DNA from: a virus
Virus genome (UHGV): UHGV-0265688
Direction: 5' to 3' (one strand)
DNA: 45,713 bases
Part shown: in pieces, positions 23,756 to 34,095 of the stretch
Numbering within the stretch: the first letter of the stretch is position 1
How the letters are laid out: every line of letters begins with the position of its first letter
Notes under the pieces: model-generated
Database searches by the model: none
What the model saw: the letters and a program-made list of their open reading frames with translations, nothing else
What the model was told of the DNA's origin: nothing
Position numbers and translations under genes: made by a program

Positions 23756-26700
23756 GCATTATGTCTACCACAATCGAGCAGTTGGAGCTTGAAATACAAT
23801 CTAATTCTACATCTGCCGTTGGCGGGATAGACGCACTTTCCGAGTCTCTGAGACGGTTGAAAGCCGCTACCGCTCCTGTAAGCAAGGGCGGCGTTGGGCT
23901 TGGCGCACTGTCTAACTCTTTGAAGAAATTCAGCCAGAGTGTTTCTGGTTTGACCGGGCTTACTCTTGCAAGGGAGCAGGTGCAAGGGCTTGTAGACGCT
24001 CTCAAGCCTTTAGAGAGCGTTCAAAAATCCGGGTTCAATTCTCTGGCTTCCGGGCTGGATAAGCTCGTAAAAATTGCTCCGCAGATTGACACTGTTACAG
24101 AATCGCTGAAAAAGACTGACCTTGATTCTTTCGCAGACCAGTGCAATCGGGTTGCTACCGCTATCACCCCTCTTGCCACTCAGATGGAGAAGGTGGCGGC
24201 TGGTTTCTCTGCCTTTCCTGCCAAGATTCAGAGGTTGCTCAAGGGGAACACGAACCTTGCCGCAAGCAACACTGTGTTGGGCAAGTCCTATGTGAACCTC
24301 GCCGCAAAAATCAGTGCGGCTTACATCGGGCTGAAATCCATCACGAGCGTTATTGCCGGGTGGATTACCGCTTCAAACAGCTACATCGAAAACCTCAACC
24401 TGTTCAATGTGTCCATGGGGCAGTATGCAGAGGAAGCCCGAAATTACGCAGAGCAGGTCGGAGAAGTTATGGGTATCAACCCCGGCGAGTGGATGCGCAA
24501 TCAGGGTGTCTTTATGACAATCACTGAGGGCTTCGGCGTTGCGAGCGACCGGGCTTACACCATGAGCAAAAACCTCACCCAGCTCACCTACGATTTGGCT
24601 TCGTTCTTCAATATCAGCACCTCTGACGCTTTCCAGAAGTTGGAGTCTGGTATCTCCGGTGAGCTTGAGCCGCTTCGTAGGCTTGGTTACGACCTATCTG
24701 TGGCTCGTCTGCAACAGGAAGCATACAACCTTGGCATTGAGAAAAGCGTTACGGCAATGACTCAGGCTGAAAAAGCCGAGTTGCGCTACTACGCAATCAT
24801 GACGCAGGTTACAAACGCACAGGGCGATATGGCTCGTACACTGGAAGCCCCGGCAAACCAGCTTCGTATTCTGCAAGCTCAGGTGGAACAGGCCACTCGT
24901 GCGCTGGGTAATCTGTTCCTTCCCATTCTGAAAGCTATTCTGCCGTATGCAATCGCTCTGGCGAAAGCAATCCGCATGGTCGCTGAAATTATTGCCGGTT
25001 TCTTCGGTGTCTCGATTCCTGAGTTTGACATGGGGACAGACGCAATCGGCGGCGTAGCGAGCGGCGCAGGTGAAGCGGCTGACGGTTTGGGAGACGCTTC
25101 CAAAAAGGCAAAAGAGCTGAAAAACGCACTGCTCGGTATTGACGAGCTGAATGTTATCTCTCCCCCGGAGGATTCCAGTGGCGGTGCCGGTGGTGCTGGT
25201 GGCATTGGCGGCGGGGGCGGTCTTGGCTTTGAGCTTCCCACCTATGACTTCATTGCAGACGCAGTGAACGAACAGGTTGACAAGATCATGGCGAAAATTC
25301 AGCCCTTCCTCGATTGGGTAAGGGAAAACATTGATGAAATCCTTGCAGGTGTGCTCGCTGTTGGTGCGGCGTTCCTTGCTTGGAGAATCGCCAAGAGTGT
25401 ACAGGACTTCCTGCGGTGGCTGTCCACCATGAAGGGATTTAACATCACAGGTAGTATTGCTTTCAAAATTGCGGGGCTTGGCCTGTTCTTGGACGCATGG
25501 AACACCATGAAGGAAGCCATTCAAGACATCATGGCGAACGGCCCCAACTTCACCAATGTTACCAAGCTCATGAGCGGTTTCGCAGAAGCCCTCGGAGCGG
25601 CGTTCCTGCTCTTTGGCAATATCAAAATGGCGGGAGCTATGTTGGTTATTTCCGGGCTTACAGGTATTGTCTCCGCTATCAGCGACATGGTGAACAACGG
25701 TGTGAATTGGGACAATGCGCTCTTTCTGGTGAAAAACCTCGGCCTGTTCCTAAGTGGGCTGGGTATGCTGACAGGAAACACAAAGCTGGCTGGCATTGGT
25801 CTGATTATCAGCGGTGCTACGCTCATTGTGGACAACCTTAAAGGATTCCTTGAAGCAATCAGAACCGGCGATTGGTCGAATGTCAACATGGTGGAGGTTG
25901 CCGCTGGTGCGCTCATGCTGGTCGGTGGGTTTATCCTCACTCTCAAGAAACTGGACGCACTGAAAGACAGCGCAACCGCAGGTCAAGCGGCAAAACAGGC
26001 ACTTGAAACGGTAACTGACACAACCTCCAAAATCGACACTACAGTCAGCACCGGCCTTTCTCCCAAGCTCACTTCTCTGGCGAAAAACCTTGGGTTGGGT
26101 CTGGTAGTCATAGCGGAAGTCACAGCGGCGGCACTGCTCATTGTAGGTGCAATCGCACTGCTCGGTATGGAACTGGAACAGGTCGGTATTGCTTGGGAAC
26201 CTGTCATTGCCAATGGTGAGACGGTTGCAATCGCAATCGGTCTTGGTGCGGCGATCTTGGGCGCAGTCGGTTTAGCCGCTTATGCCCTCGGTACAGGCGG
26301 TGCGACCATTGCGCTGAACATCGGTATCGGTACTGCCATTTTGCTTGAACTCGGTGTAGCCGCTGGACTGTTCATCGTTGAGATATGGGCTATCGGTAAG
26401 GGCTTGGACGAAATCGGTCAGGCATGGCAACCTGTTCTGGATAACGGAGAAGCTATTGCAACCGCTATTGGTATCGGCACTGGTCTACTGGTCGGTATCG
26501 GCGTTGTTACGGCGGCTCTCGGCGTGGCTACGGTTGCTTCGGCGGGTCTGTTGCCTTTGGCTATCGGGCTTGGTACAGCTCTGCTTGTGGAGCTTGCGGC
26601 GGCATTTATCCTCTTTGTGGAAAGTCTGGTCGCTGTAGCGGACGAGCTGAACTATCGGCTCGACCCGCCTTTGATGGCGTTGAACGAAAAGCTCCCCGGC

Positions 26701-28092
26701 TTGTCCAGCAATATGAGCGATTTCGTTGACTTCATGACGGAGTTTGCGGGACAGGTGGTGCGGTACACAGAGGTGTCCGCTATCGCTGGCCTGAGCGCAA
26801 CGATTGACACCATCATCGGCTGGTTTACGCAAGACCCTATTGAGAAGCTGGCAAGTGATGTGGAGAATATTTCCGAGCAGACCTCCAACCTCAACGACAA
26901 GCTGGCAATCGCTGTTCCTGAGTTGCAGACTGCCGCAGACCTGTTGCAGGAATATAAAGACCTCCTGACGCAGATTGAGAACCTGTGTGACAGCAATGTG
27001 GAGCTATCCACTGGTATGTTTGTCAACATGAAGGAGGTCGGACAGAGCCTTGTAACCGGCTTTGTGGACGGTATTCAGTCGAAATCCGGGGACTTCAAAA
27101 ATGCGGCGAGGGATTTGGTAGAGGGCTTCAAGACACAGCTCACCAGCAGTGCCGAGACCTGCCGCTCCACCATGACCGCTTGGGCTTCTAATGTAAAGAA
27201 CTGGTTCACGCAGAGCAGTTACGGCGCAATCAACCGTACCACCTTCCAGAACTACGCAAAAGATGTGGTGTCTGGCTTCGCTTCTGGTATCACCAGCTTC
27301 TACAATAGCTCAAAATCGAGCGTCACCACATGGGCTTCCAATGTGAAGCAGTGGTTTACTGGAAGCGGCTATGGTGCGGTAAACCGTACCACCTTCCAGA
27401 ACTACGCAAAGGACATCGTAAGCGGTTTTGGTAGCGGCGTTACCAGCTCCTACAATAGCTCAAAGTCCAGCATTACTTCTTGGGCTTCCAATGTGAAATC
27501 GTGGTTCAGCGACATTGCTTCCCGCAGTGCGTTCTACGAAATCGCAAGGGATGTTGTGAACGGTTTTAACTCTGGTATCAACGACCTGTACTACACCTCC
27601 CGCCGCTATATGCGTGAGTGGGCAAATGACGCAATCGCCGCATTTAAGTCTGAATTGGATTCCAATTCTCCCTCCAAGGTGTTCGAACGCATTGGCGGGG
27701 ACACCGTTCTTGGCTACAACAACGGGATTACCACTCTTGGAAAGACCACCAAGGGTGTTGTGGACAGTTGGGCAAACTCCTTCACCAGCGTAAGCCCTGT
27801 CATGCGGTTTGCGGTAGACACCTCCGCTCTCAAATATTACACCAGTGATTCGTTCGCCAAGTCGGTATCTGCCGATGTAACAAGCAACCGCAATCTCTCT
27901 GTCACCGGCTTTGAGGAGTGCATGAAGGAGTTCTACAAGGAGTATGTCGAACCCACGCTGTCTCAGATGGCAGACGATATGCGCCGACAGGCTGATAAAA
28001 ACGAGCAGACCATTGTTCAGATCGGCAACCGCACTGTCACTGACGCTGTAACCACTCAGCGCAAAGCCAACGGTTATGAGTTCGTGAAGTAA
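23752..28092 (+). CDS. Tape measure protein (1446 aa)
   Basis: Coiled-coil N-terminal part, multiple transmembrane/Gly-Ala-rich segments, C-terminal tandem ~50-aa repeats. Canonical position. Confidence 0.8.
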   Translation: MSIMSTTIEQLELEIQSNSTSAVGGIDALSESLRRLKAATAPVSKGGVGLGALSNSLKKFSQSVSGLTGLTLAREQVQGLVDALKPLESVQKSGFNSLASGLDKLVKIAPQIDTVTESLKKTDLDSFADQCNRVATAITPLATQMEKVAAGFSAFPAKIQRLLKGNTNLAASNTVLGKSYVNLAAKISAAYIGLKSITSVIAGWITASNSYIENLNLFNVSMGQYAEEARNYAEQVGEVMGINPGEWMRNQGVFMTITEGFGVASDRAYTMSKNLTQLTYDLASFFNISTSDAFQKLESGISGELEPLRRLGYDLSVARLQQEAYNLGIEKSVTAMTQAEKAELRYYAIMTQVTNAQGDMARTLEAPANQLRILQAQVEQATRALGNLFLPILKAILPYAIALAKAIRMVAEIIAGFFGVSIPEFDMGTDAIGGVASGAGEAADGLGDASKKAKELKNALLGIDELNVISPPEDSSGGAGGAGGIGGGGGLGFELPTYDFIADAVNEQVDKIMAKIQPFLDWVRENIDEILAGVLAVGAAFLAWRIAKSVQDFLRWLSTMKGFNITGSIAFKIAGLGLFLDAWNTMKEAIQDIMANGPNFTNVTKLMSGFAEALGAAFLLFGNIKMAGAMLVISGLTGIVSAISDMVNNGVNWDNALFLVKNLGLFLSGLGMLTGNTKLAGIGLIISGATLIVDNLKGFLEAIRTGDWSNVNMVEVAAGALMLVGGFILTLKKLDALKDSATAGQAAKQALETVTDTTSKIDTTVSTGLSPKLTSLAKNLGLGLVVIAEVTAAALLIVGAIALLGMELEQVGIAWEPVIANGETVAIAIGLGAAILGAVGLAAYALGTGGATIALNIGIGTAILLELGVAAGLFIVEIWAIGKGLDEIGQAWQPVLDNGEAIATAIGIGTGLLVGIGVVTAALGVATVASAGLLPLAIGLGTALLVELAAAFILFVESLVAVADELNYRLDPPLMALNEKLPGLSSNMSDFVDFMTEFAGQVVRYTEVSAIAGLSATIDTIIGWFTQDPIEKLASDVENISEQTSNLNDKLAIAVPELQTAADLLQEYKDLLTQIENLCDSNVELSTGMFVNMKEVGQSLVTGFVDGIQSKSGDFKNAARDLVEGFKTQLTSSAETCRSTMTAWASNVKNWFTQSSYGAINRTTFQNYAKDVVSGFASGITSFYNSSKSSVTTWASNVKQWFTGSGYGAVNRTTFQNYAKDIVSGFGSGVTSSYNSSKSSITSWASNVKSWFSDIASRSAFYEIARDVVNGFNSGINDLYYTSRRYMREWANDAIAAFKSELDSNSPSKVFERIGGDTVLGYNNGITTLGKTTKGVVDSWANSFTSVSPVMRFAVDTSALKYYTSDSFAKSVSADVTSNRNLSVTGFEECMKEFYKEYVEPTLSQMADDMRRQADKNEQTIVQIGNRTVTDAVTTQRKANGYEFVK
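27187..27560 (+). repeat. About 2.5 tandem copies of a 150-bp (50-aa) repeat inside the tape measure gene (WASNVK.WF...NRTTFQNYAKD.VSGF.SG.TS.YNSSKSS)
   Basis: Nucleotide units start at 27190, 27341 and 27491 with high identity. Confidence 0.7.
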
Positions 28093-28104
28093 GGAGGTGC
28101 GGAA

Positions 28105-28476
28105 ATGTCCTATATCGCAATCAACGGCTACGAGCTACCCCCTCCGAAGCGAGGGGTGCGCCCCATTGTAACCACTGTCGTGGACGCTGGCAGAAACGCC
28201 AACGGCTCGGTTGTCGGTCAGCGTGTGGGTCGAGACCAGTACAAGATTGACGGTCTTGAATGGCCTTGGCTCACCGCTGAACAGTGGGGGCAGATTCTAA
28301 ACGCATTGAGCAATTTCTTTGTCTATGTAACTTTCGTAGACCCCGTTACCAATTCCCGGAAGACCATCAAAATGTACCCCGGCGATAGGACGGGAGAACC
28401 TTATTGGACAGACAGTAGCGGAAAACCGACACACTACAGGAATTGTAAAGTGAATCTGGTGGACTGCGGAGAGTAA
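28105..28476 (+). CDS. small tail protein (distal tail-associated, putative)
   Basis: RBS TAAGGAGGTGCGGAA then ATG. Position after the tape measure. Confidence 0.45.
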   Translation: MSYIAINGYELPPPKRGVRPIVTTVVDAGRNANGSVVGQRVGRDQYKIDGLEWPWLTAEQWGQILNALSNFFVYVTFVDPVTNSRKTIKMYPGDRTGEPYWTDSSGKPTHYRNCKVNLVDCGE

Positions 28477-28488
28477 GGAGGGGATTTT

Positions 28489-30738
28489 ATGCAGAAGGTT
28501 TCAAAGGCATACAAGGAGAGCATGAAATCCTCTCTCCGGGAGAGAGCATACATCATGCTCTCTTTCGGTCTTATTAACCAAGAAGCACAGGCAAAAGCCA
28601 CCGTTGAGGAGGGCGATTTTGCGTACTACGCAAACGCCAAAAATGTTCTCGGTGAAAAAAGTGACGATACGGTCTACGCCACCCTCGAGGAAAACTTCAC
28701 CAAGGTGGACGGGTCGATGTTTTTCCTCCCACGGAGAAATCAGTCGGGCGCATACCTTGACACCGGGATTATCAGCGACAAGCTCCTGACAGAAGCAATT
28801 TTCGAGCTTACGATCAACCTCAATATCGTGGCTACCGATTTCAAGGGTATCACCATCAATTTCGGGGAGAACTACCCTGTGGATTTTGACATGGTAAGCA
28901 GTAGCGGACAGGTCATAGAGTTCCGGGGCAATGACCAAGCGGTTTTCTCCACTGAGGAAGTACTGACAGACACAACGCAGGTGCGGCTCATATTTTATAC
29001 CATGAAGAACCCTCAGAGCCGGGTGCGCATTTACTCCATCCGCTTCGGGTATGGACTGGTGTACTACAACCAAGATGTCATGAGTTCTTCCCTTGAGAGC
29101 TATGTGTCCCCCATTGGGGCAGATGTGCCGCAGATTGATTTCTCGGTACAGCTTAAAAACTACGACCATTATTTCAATGTGGACAACCCCAAGTCTGCGA
29201 TAAACTTCCTTGAAACCGGGCAGGAAATGGAAATCTACTACGGCTACCAGCTCCCGGAGACCGGGGAGATTGAGTGGATTCGTGGAAACCGCCTGTTATG
29301 CTCCGAATGGGAGTCGGACGATTATACCGCCACTATCCGCTGTCAGGACATTTTCAGAAATATGGATTCTGAGTACTACAAGGGAATGTACAACAGCGCA
29401 GGTGTGAGCTACTACGAGCTGACAGAAGATGTCCTGCGAGACGCAGGACTGACCGATTATTATATCGACCCCCAGCTCAGGACGCTTTTCACCAAGAACC
29501 CCATACCGAGGGTACAGCACAAAGAAGCGTTACAGATTATTGCCAACGCTTGCAGGTGTGTTCTCACACAGACCAGATTTGGCACTATCCAGATTAAGTC
29601 CAATTTCGTCCCGGAAGCCACCGCAAGCGCAAAGACCCAAGCGGCGTATTCCAATGCGGACAAGATTCTGGACGATAGCGTTAAGGACGAATACGCTTCG
29701 CTGAACACGAACTACACCACGGCTGACGGGAAGATGTTCTTCCTGCCCCGCAATCTCAGCGGAAAAACATTCAACGCCGGCTTCGTATCTGCGGAGCTGT
29801 CCGATGAAAACGGACTGTTTGCAAGTAACCCTGTGGTTACGATTGAGCAGGAGGTGGCCTGTATGTACTACGGCGCAAAGTTTGTGTTCGGCAATGCGAT
29901 TCCTGCGGAGTTTGTTATCCGCACCTACAACGACCGTCAGCTTGTGACGGAGTACACGGTGGGCGCAGACGAAATCGAACGGGTCACAATACTGCATATC
30001 GACCTTGACGATTTTGACACCATGGAGATCGAGTTCACCAAAACCGCAGAGCCGTACAACCGCATTGTGCTGAACAATTTCAGCTTTGGCGATATTACGG
30101 ATTTCACCATGACCCGAACCGACATGACCTCCTCACCGAAAGCCATCAAGCAGGAGCTTATCAAAGAGGTAATCGTACCCTGTTACAGTTACCAGAACGG
30201 TACGCAGGAAGATAACCTTGTCGGAGAAGATGTGGAGGTCAAGGCAGGTGATGTGGAAACCTTCTTCATTGGCGAACCCTCCTACGGCTTCCGGGCAGTG
30301 CTGGAAGATACAACAGGCGGCGTTACGATTGAGGATTGGGGCAACTACTACATCACGGTGCGGTTCAGCGTAACAGGGAAATACCGCTTGGAGATTTACG
30401 GCTACCGATGCAAAATCGTGGAGCGGTACGCAGTCAAAACCCTTAATAACCGGGGCAAGACCATTAAGTGGGAAAACCCGCTGATGTCCGACATCGGCAT
30501 GGCTACCGACCTTGCGAACTGGCTGGGCGATTATTACGCTTCCGGCATTGAGTACGAATACGACACGAGAGGAAACCCGGAGATTGATGTGAACGACATC
30601 GTGTATCAGGAAAACGAGTTCCACAACGACATGAAGGTGAACATCTACCGGCAGACCCTCAATTTCAATCAAAGTTTTTCGGGCAAGGTGACTGCCCGAA
30701 GGGTAGGAGGTGCGAAATATGGCTTGGCAAACCCCTAA
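28489..30738 (+). CDS. Large tail tip / baseplate protein (Dit/Tal-like, 749 aa)
   Basis: RBS TAAGGAGGGGATTTT then ATG. Size and position. Confidence 0.5.
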   Translation: MQKVSKAYKESMKSSLRERAYIMLSFGLINQEAQAKATVEEGDFAYYANAKNVLGEKSDDTVYATLEENFTKVDGSMFFLPRRNQSGAYLDTGIISDKLLTEAIFELTINLNIVATDFKGITINFGENYPVDFDMVSSSGQVIEFRGNDQAVFSTEEVLTDTTQVRLIFYTMKNPQSRVRIYSIRFGYGLVYYNQDVMSSSLESYVSPIGADVPQIDFSVQLKNYDHYFNVDNPKSAINFLETGQEMEIYYGYQLPETGEIEWIRGNRLLCSEWESDDYTATIRCQDIFRNMDSEYYKGMYNSAGVSYYELTEDVLRDAGLTDYYIDPQLRTLFTKNPIPRVQHKEALQIIANACRCVLTQTRFGTIQIKSNFVPEATASAKTQAAYSNADKILDDSVKDEYASLNTNYTTADGKMFFLPRNLSGKTFNAGFVSAELSDENGLFASNPVVTIEQEVACMYYGAKFVFGNAIPAEFVIRTYNDRQLVTEYTVGADEIERVTILHIDLDDFDTMEIEFTKTAEPYNRIVLNNFSFGDITDFTMTRTDMTSSPKAIKQELIKEVIVPCYSYQNGTQEDNLVGEDVEVKAGDVETFFIGEPSYGFRAVLEDTTGGVTIEDWGNYYITVRFSVTGKYRLEIYGYRCKIVERYAVKTLNNRGKTIKWENPLMSDIGMATDLANWLGDYYASGIEYEYDTRGNPEIDVNDIVYQENEFHNDMKVNIYRQTLNFNQSFSGKVTARRVGGAKYGLANP

Positions 30739-31150
30739 AACCGATTGGCATGGGGCTACAGATTCCGCAGGTGATTACACAGGGGACAGGTTTAATGCGG
30801 CAGATTTCAACCGTATCAAAAACAACCTTGACTATCTGCGGGATTTGGCAAGCCGCCTGTATGACGAGTTTACTATCGTCTCCCTTGGGGAAGACCGCAC
30901 TCCGGCAGATTACTTCTACGCTGACGAAATCAATCAGCTTGAGGAGAATCTGAAAACGGTGAACAACGGCTCCCTCAACATGGATTACGGCAACCCGCCG
31001 ATCTATGTTGACAACGGGAATGTGATGGATTTTTACGAACTCAACCGTCTGGAAGGGGCGATTCTCGACCTCTACGACAGGCTCACCAATGAGTTCGAGG
31101 GGAGACGGATGTTCACATGGAATTTTGGAACGAAGGGAGGAGAACTATAA
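30719..31150 (+). CDS. tail fiber-associated protein (N-terminus MAWQTPKTDW)
   Basis: ATG 30719 after GTAGGAGGTGCGAAAT. Starts like its downstream neighbour (MAW...). Confidence 0.45.
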   Translation: MAWQTPKTDWHGATDSAGDYTGDRFNAADFNRIKNNLDYLRDLASRLYDEFTIVSLGEDRTPADYFYADEINQLEENLKTVNNGSLNMDYGNPPIYVDNGNVMDFYELNRLEGAILDLYDRLTNEFEGRRMFTWNFGTKGGEL

Positions 31151-31845
31151 TGGCATGGGAACTGTTACCAGTCAATTACACGGACGCTACTTGGAGTGGG
31201 CTAAAGCGGTACACCGAAATCCAAAACAGTGACGGAACAGTCTCGTTCCAAGATGTGACGGTGTACAGCCAGAAAGAAAACTCGTTCTTCGGGGCAAAGG
31301 AAGCCAACCGCATGAACGAAGCTCTGAACACCCTCATGTCGATGGTGGAGAGCGGCACAGACCTCTATACTGCCTTTCAGAATTACTTCAACACGCAGAA
31401 GGGCTTGTTTGAGGACACCGCAGACGCTACACAGGCTGGTTTCACCGCCTATATTGCAAAGCTGGAAGCCGAGGGTGACGGTATCGTTGAGACCATCAAA
31501 ACGGATTACCGCAATGAGATCACCGCCTTTGAAAACCAGCAGGAACAGCTATTCAACACTTGGTTTGAGTTTATCAAGAGCCAGCTCGGTGACGATGTGG
31601 CGGGAAACCTGCAAAACCAGATTGATTTGCTCGATGTGAAGACAGACGGTTTTGACCCTCGCAATACTGTTTTCTCTGCCGATGGGCAGACCATCACCGA
31701 GACTTACGACGATAAGAAAATCGAAACTACTTTCGTTTCGGCAGACAAAATCATCCAAAAGCTGTACGAGAACGAGCTGTTGACCCTGACAAAGACCGTC
31801 ACCTTCGGCAGTGATGGGCTGACAATTAGCGAGGAGGTAAAGTAA
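31150..31845 (+). CDS. tail fiber-associated protein (N-terminus MAWELLPVNY)
   Basis: ATG 31150 after GAAGGGAGGAGAACTATA. The track's ATG 31117 lacks an RBS. Confidence 0.45.
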   Translation: MAWELLPVNYTDATWSGLKRYTEIQNSDGTVSFQDVTVYSQKENSFFGAKEANRMNEALNTLMSMVESGTDLYTAFQNYFNTQKGLFEDTADATQAGFTAYIAKLEAEGDGIVETIKTDYRNEITAFENQQEQLFNTWFEFIKSQLGDDVAGNLQNQIDLLDVKTDGFDPRNTVFSADGQTITETYDDKKIETTFVSADKIIQKLYENELLTLTKTVTFGSDGLTISEEVK

Positions 31846-33780
31846 ATGAGCTGGGCAGAAGCAAAATGGGTGGTAGATAATATCCTGCAAAAGACAGGAC
31901 AGGCACCCAACAACATGAGAGCGTTTACCGCTTTCGCAAAATCCAGCACCACCATTGGGCTGAGATTTCTGGAACCCGAAGACAGCTATGACAGCGTAGG
32001 TAATCTGCTCTGTTCGGTCGGCGGCGTAATGATTCGCATGGGTGAAGATGGCTACCCCGCCAGCACCACCGAAGGTACGCTGGTTATCGACAACAAAGAG
32101 CTTGGAAAATATGCAACCGAGGAGTACACCGTGAGCGGTCTGACCGAGGGGAAGACCTACTACTTCTCCGCTTTCCCGTATTCCTCTCAGGGCGTGTACA
32201 ACCTGTCAAGCAATGAGAAAAACCGGGCGAGTGCCGCTCCTGCCGATGGGGAAACGGCAAATGTCACCATCAACATTGACGATGACAGCGCATTTAACAG
32301 CGTCACAATCACCTGTGTGGACGAGACGGACGGGCAGTACACCAAGACCGCCACTCTCACCAAGACGCAGAAAAAGGCTTCTTTCACCGTCCCCATCGGA
32401 CACACCTATCACATCGAGTACGGTGCGGAGGACGGGTATTCCAAGCCTGAGAACACCGAAGTCAAGGTGTCTGTGGCGGGTGCTGTATCGAACTATGAAG
32501 CAACCTACTACTATTTTACCGCCACCATTGATGTCACCTACCCGGCAGGAGCGACCTGTACCTGCTCCCTCGATAGCACGACCTATACCGCAACCGGCAC
32601 CAGCGGCAGGTATCAGTTCAAGGTACACAAGGTCGGCACATGGACTGTGAAAGCGACCAGCGGCGGCGAGTCCGCTTCCGAGCAGGTTGTGATTACATCG
32701 GATGGGCAGAGCGAAACGGTGGAGCTGTCTTTTGTGAAAATCTTCGGTATCAGCCGGGATATTAAAGCGTCCTCCCCTGTGTGGGCGAGAACCGACATGG
32801 CAGTGGGCATGACCGCCACCGCTTCTATCGGCACAAACGCAGGTCACAGCGATTTCGATGATGTCATGCCTTGGAAGGGCATGGTGCGGGAAACCCTCTC
32901 TACCAACGATGTGATGGTGAAAATCCCGAAATTCTACTACCGCCGCTATCGTGAGGGGACGGTTGAGCACATTCAGATCGCAGACAAGCCTACGGCTGGT
33001 TTCTCGGTACACCCCCTGTTCAATCACGCAGGTCGGGAGTGCGACCATGCCTATGTGGGTGCGTACAAGACTTCCAGCAACAATAAATCCGTCTCCGGGG
33101 CAAGTCCGCAAGCGTCACAGACAAGAGCCACTTTCCGCAGTAACGCCAAGGCGAAGGGCGCAGGATGGAGCCTGATTGACATTGCGGCGGTGTCTGCCAT
33201 TCAAATGCTCATGCTGGTGGAGTTTGCAAACAACAATGTGCAGAGCGTTATTGGCAGAGGATATTGTGACGGAAGCAGCGGCTCGCTGAGAACCGGGTCT
33301 TGCAACAGCGTTCCCAACCTCACCGGCAGACCTTCTGGCACAGACGGTAAGACCGGAGTTGTCTACAGAGGTATCGAGGACTTCTGGGGCAATGTATGGG
33401 AATGGGTCGATGGCGTGAACTGGAACGGCGGCACTTACTACATCTGCAACGACCCTTCCAAGTACGCTGACGATACTGCAACCGGCTACACTCAGCTTTC
33501 CTTCAAGGGAGCGACAAACTGGGGTAGCTCCTATATCACCGAGGAGGGTCTGGACACCGGGGCAAATCCCCATGTCATGCTTCCTTCTGCGGCTGGTAGC
33601 GGCAGTGAGTCCACTTATATGTGTGACGCTTGTTGGAGTAGCACAGGATGGCGGGTGTTCCGGCACGGCGGTTATTGGGTTAATGGGTTGGAGTGCGGTC
33701 TGTTTACGGCTGATTTGTACTACACTTCGTCTGATTCCGGCGCGCGCGTTGGCTCTCGCCTGCTTTATATCCCCTCCTGA
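31846..33780 (+). CDS. Tail fiber / receptor-binding protein with C-terminal C-type-lectin / FGE-sulfatase-like domain. This is the target gene of the diversity-generating retroelement (DGR).
   Basis: ATG overlaps the upstream stop (TAAATGAG). C-terminal RGIEDFWGNVWEWVDG is the FGE/CLec-fold signature, the fold used by DGR variable proteins such as Bordetella phage Mtd. The last ~40 codons are the variable repeat. Confidence 0.7.
   Translation: MSWAEAKWVVDNILQKTGQAPNNMRAFTAFAKSSTTIGLRFLEPEDSYDSVGNLLCSVGGVMIRMGEDGYPASTTEGTLVIDNKELGKYATEEYTVSGLTEGKTYYFSAFPYSSQGVYNLSSNEKNRASAAPADGETANVTINIDDDSAFNSVTITCVDETDGQYTKTATLTKTQKKASFTVPIGHTYHIEYGAEDGYSKPENTEVKVSVAGAVSNYEATYYYFTATIDVTYPAGATCTCSLDSTTYTATGTSGRYQFKVHKVGTWTVKATSGGESASEQVVITSDGQSETVELSFVKIFGISRDIKASSPVWARTDMAVGMTATASIGTNAGHSDFDDVMPWKGMVRETLSTNDVMVKIPKFYYRRYREGTVEHIQIADKPTAGFSVHPLFNHAGRECDHAYVGAYKTSSNNKSVSGASPQASQTRATFRSNAKAKGAGWSLIDIAAVSAIQMLMLVEFANNNVQSVIGRGYCDGSSGSLRTGSCNSVPNLTGRPSGTDGKTGVVYRGIEDFWGNVWEWVDGVNWNGGTYYICNDPSKYADDTATGYTQLSFKGATNWGSSYITEEGLDTGANPHVMLPSAAGSGSESTYMCDACWSSTGWRVFRHGGYWVNGLECGLFTADLYYTSSDSGARVGSRLLYIPS
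33647..33766 (+). repeat. DGR variable repeat (VR) at the 3' end of the tail fiber gene
   Basis: Gap-free ~120-bp alignment to 33861-33980 (offset 214). 22 mismatches lie at TR adenine positions; 1 mismatch is not at an A. Confidence 0.8.
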
Positions 33781-33785
33781 GGGGG

Positions 33786-33808
33786 TGTGGGGGATTTCCT
33801 CCCCCACA
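33786..33808 (+). other. GC-rich hairpin immediately downstream of VR (TGTGGGGGA-tttcc-TCCCCCACA)
   Basis: Perfect 9-bp stem 6 nt after the tail-fiber stop. DGR target sites commonly carry such a hairpin/cruciform downstream of the initiation-of-mutagenic-homing region. Confidence 0.55.
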
Positions 33809-33860
33809 TAAGTGGGCGAACACACCGTATTGAAAATCGAAACACGCTAAGGCGAACAGT

Positions 33861-33980
33861 AAAAGCGAGTGTTCCAACACGGCAGTAATTGGAATAATGG
33901 GTCGAAATGCGGTCTGTTTACGGCTAATTTGAACAACACTTCGTCTGATTCCAACACGAACATTGGCTCTCGCCTACTTT
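33861..33980 (+). repeat. DGR template repeat (TR), noncoding, A-rich (AAC-codon-phased) copy of the VR
   Basis: See VR. TR has A where VR has G/T/C at 22 positions (for example CCAACACGAACATT versus CCGGCGCGCGCGTT). Lies between the target gene and the reverse transcriptase. Confidence 0.8.
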
Positions 33981-34095
33981 TGTTAAAAGGTAATATCATT
34001 GGTCGCTGTTTCGCCGTACCCATTGGTAAAAAATAGTTTGGAGGGACAGGGTTAGTAGGTTCACTCTCGAAAACCCTGTAAGAAACAAAAAGCAG

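Noticed and set aside
24694-25524. Long minus-strand ORFs inside the tape measure gene (24694-25524, 24879-25241 with a PPPPMPPAPPAPP run, 25521-25946, 25983-26213)
   Set aside because: Antisense to a 1446-aa gene in a Gly/Ala-rich, GC-rich region. No RBS, and low-complexity translations typical of shadow ORFs.
32206-33111. 301-aa minus-strand ORF and other ORFs antisense to or out of frame with the tail fiber gene
   Set aside because: Fully contained in the tail fiber coding region on the opposite strand. Arg/Gly-rich low-complexity. No start context.
33861-33980. Downstream copy of the tail-fiber 3' end as a simple pseudogene fragment or duplication
   Set aside because: Divergence is confined almost exclusively to positions that are A in the downstream copy, and an RT gene follows. 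That pattern is diagnostic of a DGR template repeat rather than neutral decay.
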